Shown: positions 12,259-26,580 of the stretch, piece after piece | Position numbering within the stretch: position 1 is the first letter of the stretch | How the letters are laid out: every line of letters begins with the position of its first letter | From: Eledone cirrhosa | Lineage: Eukaryota | Length of the DNA stretch: 64,000 bases | Direction: 5' to 3' | Assembly: GCA_964016885.1 (NCBI GenBank) | Contig: OZ024750.1 | Span: forward strand, 54,684,001-54,748,000 | The notes under the pieces: generated by a model | What the model was told of the DNA's origin: nothing | The model's input: only the letters and a program-made list of their open reading frames with translations | Databases searched by the model: none | Translations under genes and position numbers: made by a program

Positions 12259-13875
12259 CAGTGCCCCGCAAAAGTTTACAACACAAATTAGAAAAATGCG
12301 GTTTTAGGTATTTTTAATAAAGTTAGGGTAATGAAAATGTAACTACTGATAGAACATATAATGAGGCATCTAATGATACAATCATATTTTTAAAAAAATA
12401 ACAAGGAAATAACTCATGAAAAAAAATCAATATTTTTACAACGCAAACGTTTACAACACATTTTATATTTATCGCTTTTTTTCAAGAAAATTCTTAAATT
12501 TTCAGATTTAAAATTCACTAGAATGTTCTAGATTAGGTTTAAGGTAACTTCTAAGGACAATTAAAAACATTACGTCATTATTTGTCGGACAACCCTCCTG
12601 TAAACATTGACAACCGTTCTGTAAACATTGACAATATGGGGAAAAAATAAACTGATTGATCAAGACCTCCATAAACGCATTGTAGACCTTCATACAAATG
12701 GTGTTGGTTATAGAAAGATATCTTGTAAGTTAAATGTGCCATTGAGTTCAGTTGGTACTATAATTCGTCACTGGAAATCTTATCATTCCATCTGTCCTCT
12801 AATTAGTTCTGGTCGTCCTAGAAAGATAACGGAACGTGCAGCTCGGTTATTGACGAGAAAGGTTGGCAACGAACCCCGGTGTACTCTTAAAAATCTTTAG
12901 GATGACCTAGAAGGAAGTGGAGTAAAAGTGAGCACAGATACAATTAGTCGTTCACTACATCGATATATCTTCTCGCGGTCTCCAAGGAAAACACCACTTC
13001 TTATGAGGAAACACGTTCTTCACCGATTAAACTTTGCAAATGAGCATCTCATCAAACCTGCGTCATTTTGGGAAGATGTACTTTGGTCGGACGAAACAAA
13101 AATTGAACTTCTTTGGTCGAAATGCAGTGGCAAAAGTCTGGAGAAAGAAAGGTACTGAATATTCGCTGAAGAATACTATTCCAACTGTAAAATTTGGAGG
13201 TGGATCAGTCATGGTCTGGGGTTCCTTTAGTGCCACAGGTGTAGGAAATATTGAAATAATAGAAGGAAGAATGGATGGCGCTTATTATAGAGGTATTTTG
13301 CAAAGGAATTTACATCAAAGTGCACATTCTCTCAGCTTAAAGCCAGTTTGGTTTTTTTCAACAAGATAACGATCTAAAGCATACTGCAAAGCTAACACAA
13401 TCTTGGTTAAGTACGAATGGAACAAATATTCTAAACTGGCCAAGTCAGTCTCCAGATCTTAACCTGCTCGAAAATTTGTGGAGAGAACTGAAACTCAGAA
13501 TTCAAAAAAGGAAACCCCAAAATCTCCCTGAACTAAAGAAAATTTGTTGTGAAGAATGAATAAATATTAGCCAAGAAACATGCAAGAAGTTTGTAGGAGG
13601 CTACTCCAAATGCCTACAGGCTGTGATTAGCAACAAAGGTTACGCTACGAAATATTAAGAGATGATTTAATAAATGTGTTGTAAACCTTTGCATTATAAA
13701 AATATTGATTTTTCTTCATGAGTTATTTCCTTGTTATTTTTTTAAAAATATGATTGTATCATTAAATGCCTCATTATATGTTCTATCAGTAGTTAAATTT
13801 TCATTACCCTAACTTTATTAAAAATACCTAAAACCGCATTTTTCCTAATGTGTTGTAAACTTTTGCGGGGCACTG
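12259..13875 (+). mobile_element. Tc1-like transposon with ~200 bp TIRs; transposase pseudogene (~12636-13658)
   Basis: TIRs CAGTGCCCCGCAAAAGTTTACAACACA / reverse complement, flanked by TA. Motifs [39 protein letters not shown]; stops and frameshifts present. Confidence 0.95.
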
Positions 13876-13920
13876 TATATATATAAATATATATATATAT
13901 ATAAATAAATATATATATAT

Positions 13921-15335
13921 ATATTGTTATACTTGGGGAGGGTCATATTTGTGTAATAATATTGCCAGAATTAATAAAAGAACACACTCACTGTTTGGTT
14001 GGTTTTTGCTTCTCTGTCTTTTATATCGGTTAATTTAATTCATTCGGTCCTCAATGTTACCATTGACTGACCAACGGTCAAAAATACAGATATAATATAG
14101 ACACAAACACATATATATAGTCTAACAAAGTTCTTTCGTTGCACATCTGCAACATCGTCAGCGGTGCTATTATGTTTCCTCCTGTTGTATTGTATGCCCA
14201 CGCCATCTTTATTTAGTCTGTTTATTTATTTATTCATTTTTGCCTTCTTCTCTGCGCATGCGTTTTGTGTTTGGGTGACTGTGTATTGGTTATTGTATTC
14301 TATCTTAGTTTACTAGTGTGTGTTTATATGTGTTTGTTGTTATTGTGCTTGTGTATGTATTTATTTTTCATTTTTTTTAAATTTATTTATTTATTTATAC
14401 TTCTCTTAGGTCAGTATTGTTTGTTTGGGTGTTGTGGTTATTCCATTTATTTTTTCTGTTTAGCCTTGGCCTTCTAAGTTCTATTTCGCTGGCCTCCCTG
14501 ATTTGCCTATCTGCTGGGTCATTTCTATGTTTAGATATTATTTTAATTTCTGTTGTCTATGTTACCGTCGTGTTGTTGTCTGGCATGTTCGTATAGTACT
14601 GAACCGTTTTTTCGTCCTTTTAGTTCCTCCCAGTGTTGATCTATCCTTTCACCTATGCTACGAGCTGTTTTGCCTATGTATGTTGTTGTCATGTTTCTGC
14701 AAGTACCCTCTGTACATCTTATGCTATAGACTACGTTTCTAGTCTTACAGTTTATCCGGGGGGTTTACTTTACATATAATACATTTCCTATTAGTGGGTT
14801 TTCTTAAAAGGGTAGGTTTTGCTGATCAGGGATTTTATGGTGGTTCCTGGCTTTTCTACCACCTTAATCTTTAAGTGGGTCTTTCTCAGGGCCTTTCTAC
14901 ACTGGTTAGCTAATTTCCCTGCAGGGGTAGCGTCCACAAACATGATACTCTGGTATCTCTGGTTGTTGTAGCATGAGGTGGCTTTCCCTATCTAAGCTAT
15001 TCCATGATTTGTTCCTGTATAATGGGCAAATTCCTTTCACATCCAGTTCTATGAGGATCTTATACTTCTCCGTGGCTCCTTCATATACTCTGATTCTGTC
15101 TCTTTGGTTGTAGCCAGAGAACTGCATGCGGATGATGAAGTGTTGGATGTGTCTTTCCATTTCTGTTGGGTCGCACATGCGGGACACGTTCTTCATCACT
15201 CGTACCAAGTCTGCGATCAGAATATTAAACTTAGCACTACTGGACATTGCTGAGTTTTTGAGTATCAGGTATTTGGAGGCCATGGGTTTAGCGTAGTGTG
15301 AGTCTATAGTGTTAGTCCAGAGTTCCATGTCTAAT
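13921..15335 (-). mobile_element. 5'-truncated PLE fragment related to the 55-61 kb element (GIY-YIG region + pLTR)
   Basis: Translation HYAKPMASKYLILKNSAMSS..MQFSGY is near-identical to ORF 59073-61064. The pLTR ends at the same TATAACAATAT motif. Confidence 0.9.
14122..14168 (-). ncRNA. Minimal hammerhead motif in pLTR (family C)
   Basis: Reverse complement: CTGACGA-t-gttgca-gatg-tgcaac-GAAA-gaac-TT. Stem I is short. Confidence 0.65.
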
Positions 15336-15649
15336 ACTATTATATATATATAAAGAGAGAGAGAGAGAGAGAGAGAGAGATGCTTTGTATGGCTTTTGGA
15401 GGAAGGAGTGACCAGCAGTACGTTCTTCGGTATTATTAGGAAAAGGTGTAGCAGAGAATCCCGCGTGAACTAACAGCTCGGGAGGAAACTGCTTACCTCG
15501 AAGATTCATTTGCCATCCTTCTTGTCAACGCTCCATTTGCTTGGTATTTGTTGGTCTACAGTTGATGAATGGCGCACAAAGGGTTAATGTTTATTGGCAA
15601 GAAGTTTTTTGAATAATAAAAGACGGGTTAAAGCAACCTAAAATGTATC

Positions 15650-15687
<38 letters not shown>

Positions 15688-15694
15688 CAGATAC

Positions 15695-15728
<34 letters not shown>

Positions 15729-16598
15729 ATGTATGCATATATATATATGTGTGTGTATGTATGCATATATATATATATTTGTGTGTGTAGGTATGCATAT
15801 ATATATGTGTGTGTATGTATGTATATATATATATATATGTCAGATCACCAGTTGGTGCTACTGGTAACATGTATCCCAGTACAACCTGTCCCATGGTCGG
15901 GTCGTTGGCGACTAAACTGGCAACCCCACCAAGGTTTCTTGGTGAGGAGAGTGACTTTGGACATCCTGCAGGACTAAAAACAAAACCTGTCAAAGGGCAA
16001 AGGAGCTCTTAAGAGTCAGTGGCCATTCAAAATCAGCGGGAGAGATGACCCCTTAGCCTTTGTCAAGGCAGAATTCTAGGAGAAAGAAAACTCTGATATA
16101 ACACCTGCAACTCTGATGGTATCCAATGATGTTGACTTGTTCTTCTTTTTGGTAAATATCATCTTGGTTAAGAGAGTAGGACTGGCTTTGTGCAGTGCCT
16201 TTCCTCACTATAAAAGCTTCATGGCACAGGCATTGCTTTATATCTGGAGATCTCTCTGCACTTGTCGTCACATGGTACCATGGGCCCAGCACTATGTGTC
16301 AATAATTGTCACAAGTGTAGTGTTTGTACCAGAGTTTTCAAGTCGCTGGCTGGACTAAAAAGCCACACTCGTTCAGCGCATCGGTAGGGGTTCTCCTACA
16401 TGGATATAAAGTAGTGGCCGTACTCGAAAACGAGTTGGCAGCCACCACCATATATATATATATATATAAATATATACGTGTGTGTGTGTATATATACATA
16501 TATTTTTATGTGTATATTTATATATGTGTATATGTATATATCTATATATGTGTATAAGTGTTTGTATATGTATATATATATATATGTGTATGTGTGTG

Positions 16599-16632
<34 letters not shown>

Positions 16633-16734
16633 TATATGTGTGTGTATACGTATATATGTGTATATATATATATATATAAGTATATATGTATATATATATG
16701 TGCGCGTGTGTGTGAATGTAGCGAAGATAATACG

Positions 16735-16981
16735 TCAGCAATGACGTTATGCAGACAGCCAGGCATACAGACAGATATTATAAGAGTGCGACGGAGATGG
16801 ATAACCGGCGCTTAACACCCTTTAACAACAGAAAATTGAAAAAATAAAAGCGGTAGTTAATATCTTTAGACCGCAAGGAATATATAAATGCAAGTTTGAA
16901 GTCAATCGGAGTAGAAATGTGGATTTGTATAGACTTTGCAAAAATGAGGACACACAGACAACATCAGTTTTATATATATAG
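16735..16981 (-). mobile_element. Probable non-autonomous Helitron 5' end
   Basis: Reverse complement starts A|TCTATATATATAAAACTGATGTTGTCTGTGTG, resembling Helitron 5' termini. Confidence 0.45.
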
Positions 16982-17333
16982 ATAACTCATAATTTAGCTA
17001 AATATTTTTTAAATTCTAGAATCATATTCCACCACTTCAACAAACTTTTAATTCTTCAATCTTTTTAAATTCACGTAATTACAAGCTTTTCTTACTTCCT
17101 CTTTCTTCTTCCTATACATACATATCTATATCCTAATAATTATTTAAATCTACCTAGCGTCGAAAAATAAGTTTTTTTCAGCCTTATGCCTCAACCTCAT
17201 TTGCATACTCATCTTAATAATTTGAAATATTTGTTTTTTCCTCTCTTCCCCTTTTTCCTTTTACTATCCAGGTAAAACTTGAACTGTTAAGGTCTCGTTC
17301 CTGGATATGTCAATATTTATAAAACAAACTTTG

Positions 17334-17394
17334 TATTTTATCTGATGAGTACGTAACAAAGTTTTGGTACCCTTGAAATATATATAATAGAATA
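17334..17394 (+). ncRNA. Type I hammerhead ribozyme (family A, diverged)
   Basis: tattttat-CTGATGA-gtac..gtac..-GAAA-tatata-TA|atagaata. Stem I pairing is retained despite substitutions relative to the copy at 1714. Confidence 0.75.
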
Positions 17395-17404
17395 AATATG
17401 TTTT

Positions 17405-20400
17405 TTTAGTGAATTGCCCATACGGTTATTTACTCCAGTAAATACCACTACATGCCAACCACTAATTTAATTTGTTTAGAAGATGTAAAAGAAATGACGA
17501 TGTAGTAATTGAAACATGACGAATACTTCGGAAAAGTGTATCAGTAACGATTTGCATTTATTGAAGTAGCTTGTTACAATTTTGGTAGTGAAACGTACCT
17601 CGTGCCATGATGTGGTGTAATCCTGAGGTATAAGATAGGATTAGAAAAGGTTTAGCATCTGTGCTTGGTGCGGTCAGTTCTAGAGCCTACCAAGAGGTAG
17701 ATTGTCCTTTGCTCCTTCTTTTATAATCTCTGAAACGGAAGTTCAAGGAGAATTTTAGAAATTCCACGGGAAGTAACTTTGGCTGCTTCCCTTTGTCTAG
17801 AGAGCGCTACAAGACTCCCCTCTCAGACGAGAAGTCGAATAACCAGCCGAAGGTCATTGTAGCATGAACCCGTAAGAAATGAGGAGCAAAGCAAGAAGGT
17901 GCATGAATAAAACATAAGCTCGCAACTGAAACAAATAGCAAAGAAAAACACAAAACAAGTAAATGCATTTGACAAAGAAAAAATGTAAATGTAACAAAAC
18001 TGATAATTCAAAGTTAACATAAAGGAACAGAGAAAAAATTAATGCTCAATGGTAAGTTCAATAGTTCATACATCACTAGTACAGACTTTTCTGACCCTAG
18101 TTCTATCTGAAAACTGAAAAAGAAGAGGTATGTTAATGCATGCCACTGGGGTTTATATGTATATTGTTTTTGAGAGTTTTCGTGGCCATTTTACCGTCCT
18201 GCCACCTCGTGTGACATAAGGTTGTGTGGTATGTGGTGTTTGTAGTGGAGGTGAAAGTGTTGGTGTAGGAGTGTATGTACGAGGTGTATCAGGCAGTGTG
18301 TTGAGACTTTCGGAGAAAGCCTTTTTTGCTCTGTCAATGGATATTGTCTCTTTTCGACCATTGACAGCCACTGTGAAATGTTTGGGTGTGTGCGAAAGCA
18401 GACGAAAAGGTCCATTATAAGGTGATGTAAGAGGTCCCTTGACGGAATCATTCCGTATGAAAATGTGTGTCCACGTAGAGATGTCCAATGGGACAGCAGA
18501 AGAAATAGACTGGTCACGAGGGTTCATCGGTGGAAGATCCGAGAAATACGAACGAATCCTGGTGACATATGATGCTGGGTCAAGATGTGATGAATCCACT
18601 GGTGCTAACATTTGTCCAGGAAGAGACAATGTGGTACCATAAAGAAGTTCAGCAGAAGAAAAACCTAAATCTGTCTTAATGGCAGCACGACAACCAAGAA
18701 GCACGATAGGCAAAAATTCAGTCCAACGTTGTGGATCAGGAGTAGCGCGAAGTGCAGCTTTCAACTGTCTATGAAACCTCTCGATCATTCCATTGGAGGC
18801 TGAGTGAAAGCTGGTCGTATGGATGTGATGAGCACCCAAGAGTCGTGATATTTCACGAAATAAGGAAGCCTCAAATTGGCGTCCCCGATCCGTAGTTATT
18901 TTAGTAGGAACACCGAAATGAGCAATCCAATTGGAAATGAAAGCTCAGGCGACGGACTCTGCTGTTATGTCTATGAGGGGTATGGCTTCAGGCCACCGAG
19001 AGAAACGATCGATACAAGTCAATATGTATGTGAATCCACGACTAACGGGCCATGGACCAACAATATCCATGTGTATATGATGGAAACATGTGTCTGGTGG
19101 GCTGAATTTCCCAAGAGGAGCGCGGATATATGCTGATGAATCTTAGAGCGCTGACACTTCAAACAAGAACATGCCCAACCGGTGATTAAACGACGCATAT
19201 TAGGCCAGAAGAATCGAGCCGTAATAAGCTTCACCATGGCAGCTATGCCGGGATGCGACAAGGAATGAAGTGCATCAAAAACGGTACGCTGATGACAATC
19301 TGGAACAAGTGGTCTGGGTGAGCCAGTAGAAACATCGCAGAGAATTTTGCCTTCAGAAGATGGAGGAGGTAAATATTCCAATTTGCAGCAGGAGAACTGG
19401 TTAGAGGAAATGTCCAGCGAATCCACAGTAGGTTGGTCACTTGGAATGGCAACTAAATCAATATGTGCAGGAGACGCAAGAGAACACACAGAAAGTCGAG
19501 ATAGTGCGTCCACAGGTATGTTGGAAGTTCCAGCTATGTGACGAATGTCACTGGTATACTGTGAGATGAGATCCAGATGCCTATACGCTCTCGGAGAGTA
19601 CTTGTCGGACTTGGATTGTAAAGCGATTGTTAACGGTTTGTGGTCCGTGAATATCGTGAACTCCCGCCCCTCCAAAAAGTGGTGGAAGTGCTTCACGGCA
19701 AGATAAATCGCAAAAAGTTCTGTCAAAGGTGCTGTATCTCTGTTCTGCTGGTTTTAATTGGCGAGAGAAAAATGCCAATGGTTGAACTTGGTGATCGATT
19801 ACATGATGCAAAACTGCGCCAACAGCACGATCAGATGCATCAACAGATAAGGAAAGTTTCGCATTTGCAACAGGATGGGCAAGGAAGGAAACTTTAGCTA
19901 GCTCAGACTTGACAGATTTAAAAGACTGCAATACATCGGCAGAAAGTGAAATTTTTTCATCTTTCTTTTTTGCAGCCCTTAAAAACTGTGTCAAGGGGAA
20001 TAACTTGTCTGCACAGTTAGGAATAAAGTGCCAATAAAAGTTAATTAATCCCAAGAAATGGCGTAATTATTTCAAGGATGTTGGTGGTGCTAATTGCTGA
20101 ATCGCCTCTACTTTAGCTGGCAAAGAACGAATACCTTCTGAATCTATAAGGTGTCCGAGGAATTCCAGTGAATCTGCACCAAACACACATTTAGCTGGCT
20201 TGATTCTGACTTGGTACAATTGGAGACGTTGAAATAACTAAGATAAATGTTGATGATGGTGTTCATCCGAATCACTGGCTATCAGATCCTCAACGTAAGC
20301 AAACACGAAATCCAATCCATGCGTGACTTCATCGATAAAATGCTGGAACGTATTAGAAGCATTCTGCAAACCAAAAGGCATGGATAGGAATTCAAACGAA

Positions 20401-22678
20401 CCGAAAGGGGTGGTCACAGCTGTTTTTGGTATGTCTTCCGGTATTTGATGGTAAGCGTGTACCAGATCTATTTTAGAAAATATCTTGCATCTATGCAGAG
20501 CATGGTGTTGTGATAGCATTAAACCGTCTATAATCACCCACAGGTCTAAAATTCGCTTCACCCTTACGAGCCAAATGAAGCGGGGATGCTCATGGGCTGG
20601 TGGACGGTCGTATAAGACCAAGCTGAAGCATGTGATCGAACTCATCCCTGGCTTTTTTTATCTACATGGCCGAGAAAAAACAGGCGGAGCAGTTGTTGTA
20701 ATAAAATGTCGAGTCTAGTGGATTACTTGGTTCGGTTTAAATGAAATGTCAGTTAACTCGGGAAATGAGGCAAGAAGAGAATAAAGCTGGTTTCCAGAGG
20801 CAGCTATGAAACACGCAGGACTTATGATGGCAACAGTAGAACCACGAGCAGGCGTAGATAAAGATGTGGTGCATCCACAAGTTTCTGTTTCCTGACATCT
20901 ACTAACAGTGAGTAGTGGTGTAAAAAATCCGCACCGAGAATAGGGTGGGGTAGGTCCGCTACAACGAAAATCCATTTGAAATCCCGATGCAAAGCTAGGT
21001 CCAATGATAGAGATATTTGTCCATAAGTTTTTATAGGAGACTGGTTTACTGCATACCGGAAAAATTTGGCTTGGTACAGCTGAAACGAAGGGGCCAAATA
21101 CTGTGTCGACCATAAACGATTTGTTTGAAATTCGATCTTTTATGAAAAAGGCACGATAAGGAGAATTAATGGGGGAGAGATCTGCCGTGCCCAGACTCTC
21201 CAGGTTTAGTTTCCGAAGTCCCGAAAGAGCAGGGTTGAATACAATGATTCGCCTTTTCACGAAAACGCACGTGATACCAACATAAAGACGAGTTGTTGGC
21301 GGGGGTTTTGGCGCGATGATGAAAAGAAGGAGAACGACTTCGTGGACGCCATCTGGAATGTGTTCGTTCCCGACACAGTTTAGTCACTTGACGAGTTAGC
21401 GCGTCAATGGCTCTCAATATAGAGTCCTCACGAGGTGGAACAGGCTGTGCTTTAAAAGTAGAAGAAGCAATGTGCGGATCTGCCGAAGTAGGTACTCGAG
21501 AAAATTCCATTATGCGGACCGCTGAGGCTGCAATTTGGTCCAGAGAACTGGTGTCGGCTATATTTGCCAGTATGGTCTGTACATTTGTTGGCAAACGGGA
21601 GAAGGATAATTGTTTTACGAAAGAGTTATCCTCTGCTATTGAGTCGCCCAGTTCCTGGATGCGCCGTAAAAACTGGGATGGGGTTCTATCTCCCAGGTTT
21701 TCTTCCTCCAACAAGGAACGAAATTTGCTGACGAACGGCTGTTCCGTCTGAGCACTTCTGCCTTAAGTGTCTCGTAAGTGACGCCTTGTGGGGGATCTGT
21801 GATATCCTTTACTGACACGGCGAGTGAGGCAGGGATTCCGCTTATGAGCACGTGTAACCTTTGATGTGCCGCTTGGACGCCATGTGCAACAAAATACGAA
21901 TCTAGTTGTGCAAACCACAACTCTGCATCACCTGAATACGGCGGTAGCAAAGAATTACTCATCATGAATGTAGTAGCCGCCGGGTGAAATGTTTTCTTTT
22001 TTTTAACTGCCGCACGTGGTTTAACTTCCGTGAATCAGCCAATGACAACACATTTGAAAGAAAATTAGTTGTACTTTCAAAAATATATGCACACGTGGTG
22101 GTAACATGAATAGTTGAAGTGATGTAACATGGAGCAAGCAAAATGGCAAATACAAAACGAAGGCTTTGTTGAAAACGAAGACACGAGGTGCAAAAAAAAT
22201 GTTTTTTTTTATGCGTATCCAGAAATTATCATTTTTTATTTTTTTTATTTTTCTTTACGTCGGGTCACCATTTTAGTGAATTGGCCATAGGGTTATTTAC
22301 TCCAGTAAATACCACTACATGCTAACCACTAATTTAATTTGTTTAGAAGATGTAAAAGAAATGACGATGTAGTAATTGAAACATGACGAATACTTCAGAA
22401 ACGAGTATCAGTAACGATTTGCATTTATTAAAGTAGCTTGTTACAATTTTGGTAGTGAAACGTACCTCGTGCCATGATGTGGTGTAATCCTGAGGTATAA
22501 GATAGGATTAGAAAAGGTTTAGCATCTGTGCTTGGTGTGGTCAGTTCTAGAGCCTACCAAGAGGTAGATTGTCCTTTGCTCCTTCTTTTATAATCTCTGA
22601 AACGGAAGTTCAAGGAATATTCTAGAAATTCTACGGGAAGTAACTTTGGCTACTTCCCTTTGTCTAGAGAGCGCTACA
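17405..22678 (-). mobile_element. Gypsy/Ty3 LTR retrotransposon, degenerate gag-pol
   Basis: 407 bp LTRs at 17405-17811 and 22272-22678; GTTTT TSD; PBS TGGTGACCCGACG (tRNA-Trp-like); purine tract before the 3' LTR. Gag (LGDRTPSQFLR), RT (KIDLVHAYHQI, MPFGLQNA), RNase H (VDASD, TDHKPL) and integrase (SNGMIERFHR, PYNGPF) motifs. Confidence 0.95.
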
Positions 22679-23714
22679 GTTTTATAAATATAGTTTCCAT
22701 TTATTAATATCATTTATATATATATGTGTGTGTGTGTCTATGACCAGTGTATATAGATCACAGACACCCACATATATATATATGTATACAAACACACACA
22801 TGCATGTATATATATGTACACACACATTTATATATATACATACACACACGTATATATATATGGACCTTCCAGTTTCATTTCACATTATATACATGTCTGT
22901 GTATATTTTAAATATTTAAAAATTATTTTTAAGTGACTTTTAAATGATTTTTTAAAAAATATTTTGAGACGAACGTGACCCAACGGGTCACGGGTGGTCT
23001 AGTATAATACTAAAAGTCTGTGATTGCTTGCTTGTCTGTAATGTAATACAGCCAAAAGGGCGCATAATGGGAAAATATTTTGAAAGGAAGTTGGCCCTGA
23101 AATGGGAATACAAATGGAATAAAACAAGTTTTGGGTAAATCGAAGCATGCGTTCCCGAGATATGGGTTTTTTTAGAAATAACCAAAATGGTGCATAATCG
23201 GAAAATACTCCTAAAGTAAAATAACCATGAAATGGGAATACAAATGGAAGTTTGGCGTAAATCAGACATAGACAATATTTTCATTATTCAAAAAATATTT
23301 TTAAATGAATAGGATTTAGAAAATACATAAAAAAAAATGTTTTCAGTGATTTGTCAGCAAATATGATTTCAAAAATACAAGTTGTTTGTACTTTCAGTAT
23401 CTATATTTCAGCTTTCTTTAAACAGACGATATTTTAATTATCAAAAGAACCCATTAAGTGAATATGACTGAAAAATACAAGTTGTTCTTACAGTAAACGT
23501 TTATATTTTTGCTTTTGTTAAACAGAATATTTTAATTATTTAGAAATATTTTTAAGTGAATGCGATTTCGGAAATACAAGTTGTTTGTACAGTAAGTATT
23601 TATATTTTAGCTTTCTTTACACAGACAATATTTAAATTTAAAAAAAAATTATTTTCAAGTGAATACAATTAAAACAATATGTTTTGGCATATTTAAAAAA
23701 TATTCTTAAGTGAG

Positions 23715-25800
23715 AATGACTCCCTACTTTGACGCAGACATCATGTCTGCCATCAAGTCCTTCCCAACTAAAAGCAGCAGAGGTGATGATGATATCGGAT
23801 CTGGCCACTTCAAGGAGTTGCTATCCTCCCTCTCCGCTGAGGCTGGGCGCCGCCTTCTGAGTGCAGTAGCTTATCCATGGCGCCCTGGACCCTCACACCG
23901 AGAAAGAGAGTGGCATACGCCCCATCACTGTGGGCAATGTCCTCCGGAGGCTGGCTGCTAAGGTGGTTTGTAGGTCCATAACACCTGAACTGGGTGTCGG
24001 TGTGTCCGATGACCACACAGGCAACCAGGTAGTTCTTCAACATCTGCCCACCGGAACCGGCATCCAGAGACTCCAGGCATCTCATTGTCAAGCTTGACAT
24101 GAGGAATGCCTTTAACTGCATGCGCCGGGACCATCAGCTCGATGCCTGCCTCTGCCTACCCGCTGGCCTACATGTCATATGGAGTCCCGAGCATGCTCCT
24201 TGTTGCTGATAGTCATACCTCCAGCTACTGGGGTCCAACAGGGTGACCCTTTGGGCCCCCTTCCTGTTTGCTCTTGGTATAGACCACATTGCCCGGAGTA
24301 TCATGGTCCTTCTCAACGTTTGATACCTGGATGATGCTACGTTGGGCGGGCCCGTAGAGACTGTCTGCCATGACCTACAATCAGTGGTTCCTGCCCTGAC
24401 GGGAATTGGCCTCCAGGTCAACTTGTCCAAGTCGGAGGTGGTGAATGTCAGCCACGATGCTGAGAGCTTTGCAGCCTCCGTCTCGGACGTGTGGTCCATT
24501 CTCAACCAGGTACAGGTGACCCCCAAATAAGATGTCCTTATCCTCGGGTGACCGATCCACCCGCTGGCATTCCGCTCCACCATCAGGTCCAGACTGCAGT
24601 AACTCATGACACTCACGAGCCGACTGGGCTTCATTGATGGCCACCCAGCACTCTTCCTGTTGAGGGACTGCTTCGCCATGCCGAAGCTCCTCTATGCCCT
24701 TCGCAGTGCTCCATGCTACAGCCATGCATCTCTCCTCGATACTTGTATCCGAGCAGCAATGTAAGGTTTGACGACATTGGATGGCAACAGGCCACTTTAC
24801 CTATCAGATATGGTGGCCTTGGCCTCCGGGCCCCGATCTCGTTGGCTTTGCTGGCGTTTCTTTCGTCGGTAACCTCATGCCGTGTCCTCATCAGCTGGGT
24901 TCTCCAAAATGCAATGGAATCCTCTGTGATCGGGGAATGTGGGGCCACCTATGAGACGTGGGACTGGCTGGGACTTAGCCCAGAAGATGTCCCTCCTTCT
25001 CCCCCTGCTGACGTCAAGTCCCCCCAAAGCATTTGGGATGCCATCCAGTGCAGCCAGGCCTCAGACAAGCTCATGCACAAGATCGACCAGCACCGCCTTG
25101 CCTGTTTTCGCGTGGCCTCCGAACCCCACAGTGGTGCCTGGCTCTATGCCTTGTCCTCGTTCTCCACTGGCATGCAGCTGGATAACGATAGCCTGCGCAT
25201 TGGCGTTTCTTTGAGGCTTGGCCTCCGGATCTGTGAGCCACATAAATGTTGCTGTGGATCCACTGTGAACTCTTTCAGCCTCCACCCACTTTCCTGTCAC
25301 CACAGTGCTGGCCGCCTTCCATGCCATGCTGCCCTCAACGAGGTCATAAAGCATGGCTTGCAAAAGGCCAGATGGCATGACCATCTTCCTGTTCTGCAGT
25401 GGCAAATCCCTCATCTGGGATGCCACTTGCAGCGACACTTTCTCTAGCTGCACCCTGATGCAGTCTGTGACTAACCCAGGTTCTGCTGCACGTCAGGCTG
25501 AGGAGGCCAAACTCTCCAAGTACCGGTCGCTCTTGCGGTCGTGCCCTTAGCAGTGGAGACATCTGGTGTCCTTGGTCATAGGACTACCTCCCTACTCACT
25601 ACCAGAGGTGCTGAGCTGGAATGGCTCTTCCAGCACATCTCCCTTACCATCCTCTGGGGAAACGCTTTCTCCAGTCTGTCCGCCGGGGCTGTGGGGAGGC
25701 CAGCACACGGGAACCCATTTGCTCAGCATATGGAGAGATGGGGAGGGTGAGAGAGATGGAGACGATGACAGTGGGAGTTAGGCTCTTCCACGTTCGGACC
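23715..25800 (+). mobile_element. Degenerate RLE-type (CRE-like) non-LTR retrotransposon
   Basis: KLDMRNAFN, GVQQGDPLGP, YLDD, LPIRYGGLG, C..C..H zinc knuckle and RPDG..WDAT restriction-like endonuclease motifs. Confidence 0.85.
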
Positions 25801-26074
25801 ATATCCTTGTGGTTGTGTTCATCAAGCCCTAGTGCAGTAATGGGATTGAATTAATCCTAGTTGGTTGTTTATGTGAAATATTTAAGTAAAATATATATAT
25901 ATATATATATTTTATTAAGACCTCACTTAAAAGTTGTTTGTACACTGAGTATTTATATTTCAGCTTTCTTTAAACAGACAATATTTTAATTATTAAAAAG
26001 TATTTTTAAGTGTATATGATTTGAAAAATACGAGTTGAAGAAAAATATAACATTGTAAATAAAAAGAAATAGAA

Positions 26075-26275
26075 ATATAATAATTGTTTCTACTTTAGGC
26101 ACAAGGCCAGCAATTACCCAGTACATTACTGGTACTTTATATTATCGACCCCATAAGGATGAAAGGCAAAGTTAACCTTGGTGCGATTTGAACTCAGAAT
26201 GGCAAGGGGCGTAACTCTATGCGTCAAAGTATAGTGTCAGACCCTCTACCGATACTGCCAATCCACCACCATTTA
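26075..26275 (-). mobile_element. tRNA-derived octopus-type SINE
   Basis: ggtacttt..ttatcgacccc..aaggatgaaaggcaaagttaacct..atttgaactcag with a B-box-like head. Further copies at 27345-27546, 50630-50800 and 53330-53503. Confidence 0.75.
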
Positions 26276-26279
26276 GTAA

Positions 26280-26580
26280 TCATCATCATCATCCTCATCA
26301 TCATTTTACGTCCGCTTTTCTCTGCTTGCAAGGGTGGGACGGGAACTGATTCTGGCTTGATTTCTACAGTTGGATGCCCTTCCTAACACCAACCTCATTT
26401 ACAGTGAGTGCTGGGTGCTTTTTTGCCGTGGCACCTCCACGACCACTTTGCAGTGGAATGATAGCTGAGTAAACTGGAGTAATGTGAAATAAAGTGTCTT
26501 GCTCAAGGAAACAACACATCACCCGGTCTGAGAATTGAACTCACAACCTTTCGATTGCAAGACCAATGCTCTAACCACTA
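26280..26580 (-). mobile_element. SINE with tRNA-like head and RTE-like (ATG)n tail
   Basis: Reverse complement head tagtggttagagcattggtcttgcaatcgaaagg..gagttcaattctc; tail ..gcggacgtaaaatgatgatg. Confidence 0.7.

Noticed and set aside
15628-16815. Many YI/CV-rich ORFs here and elsewhere
   Set aside because: They are translations of (AT)n and (GT)n microsatellites.
26520-26580. tRNA gene
   Set aside because: It is the tRNA-derived head of a SINE; no complete cloverleaf.
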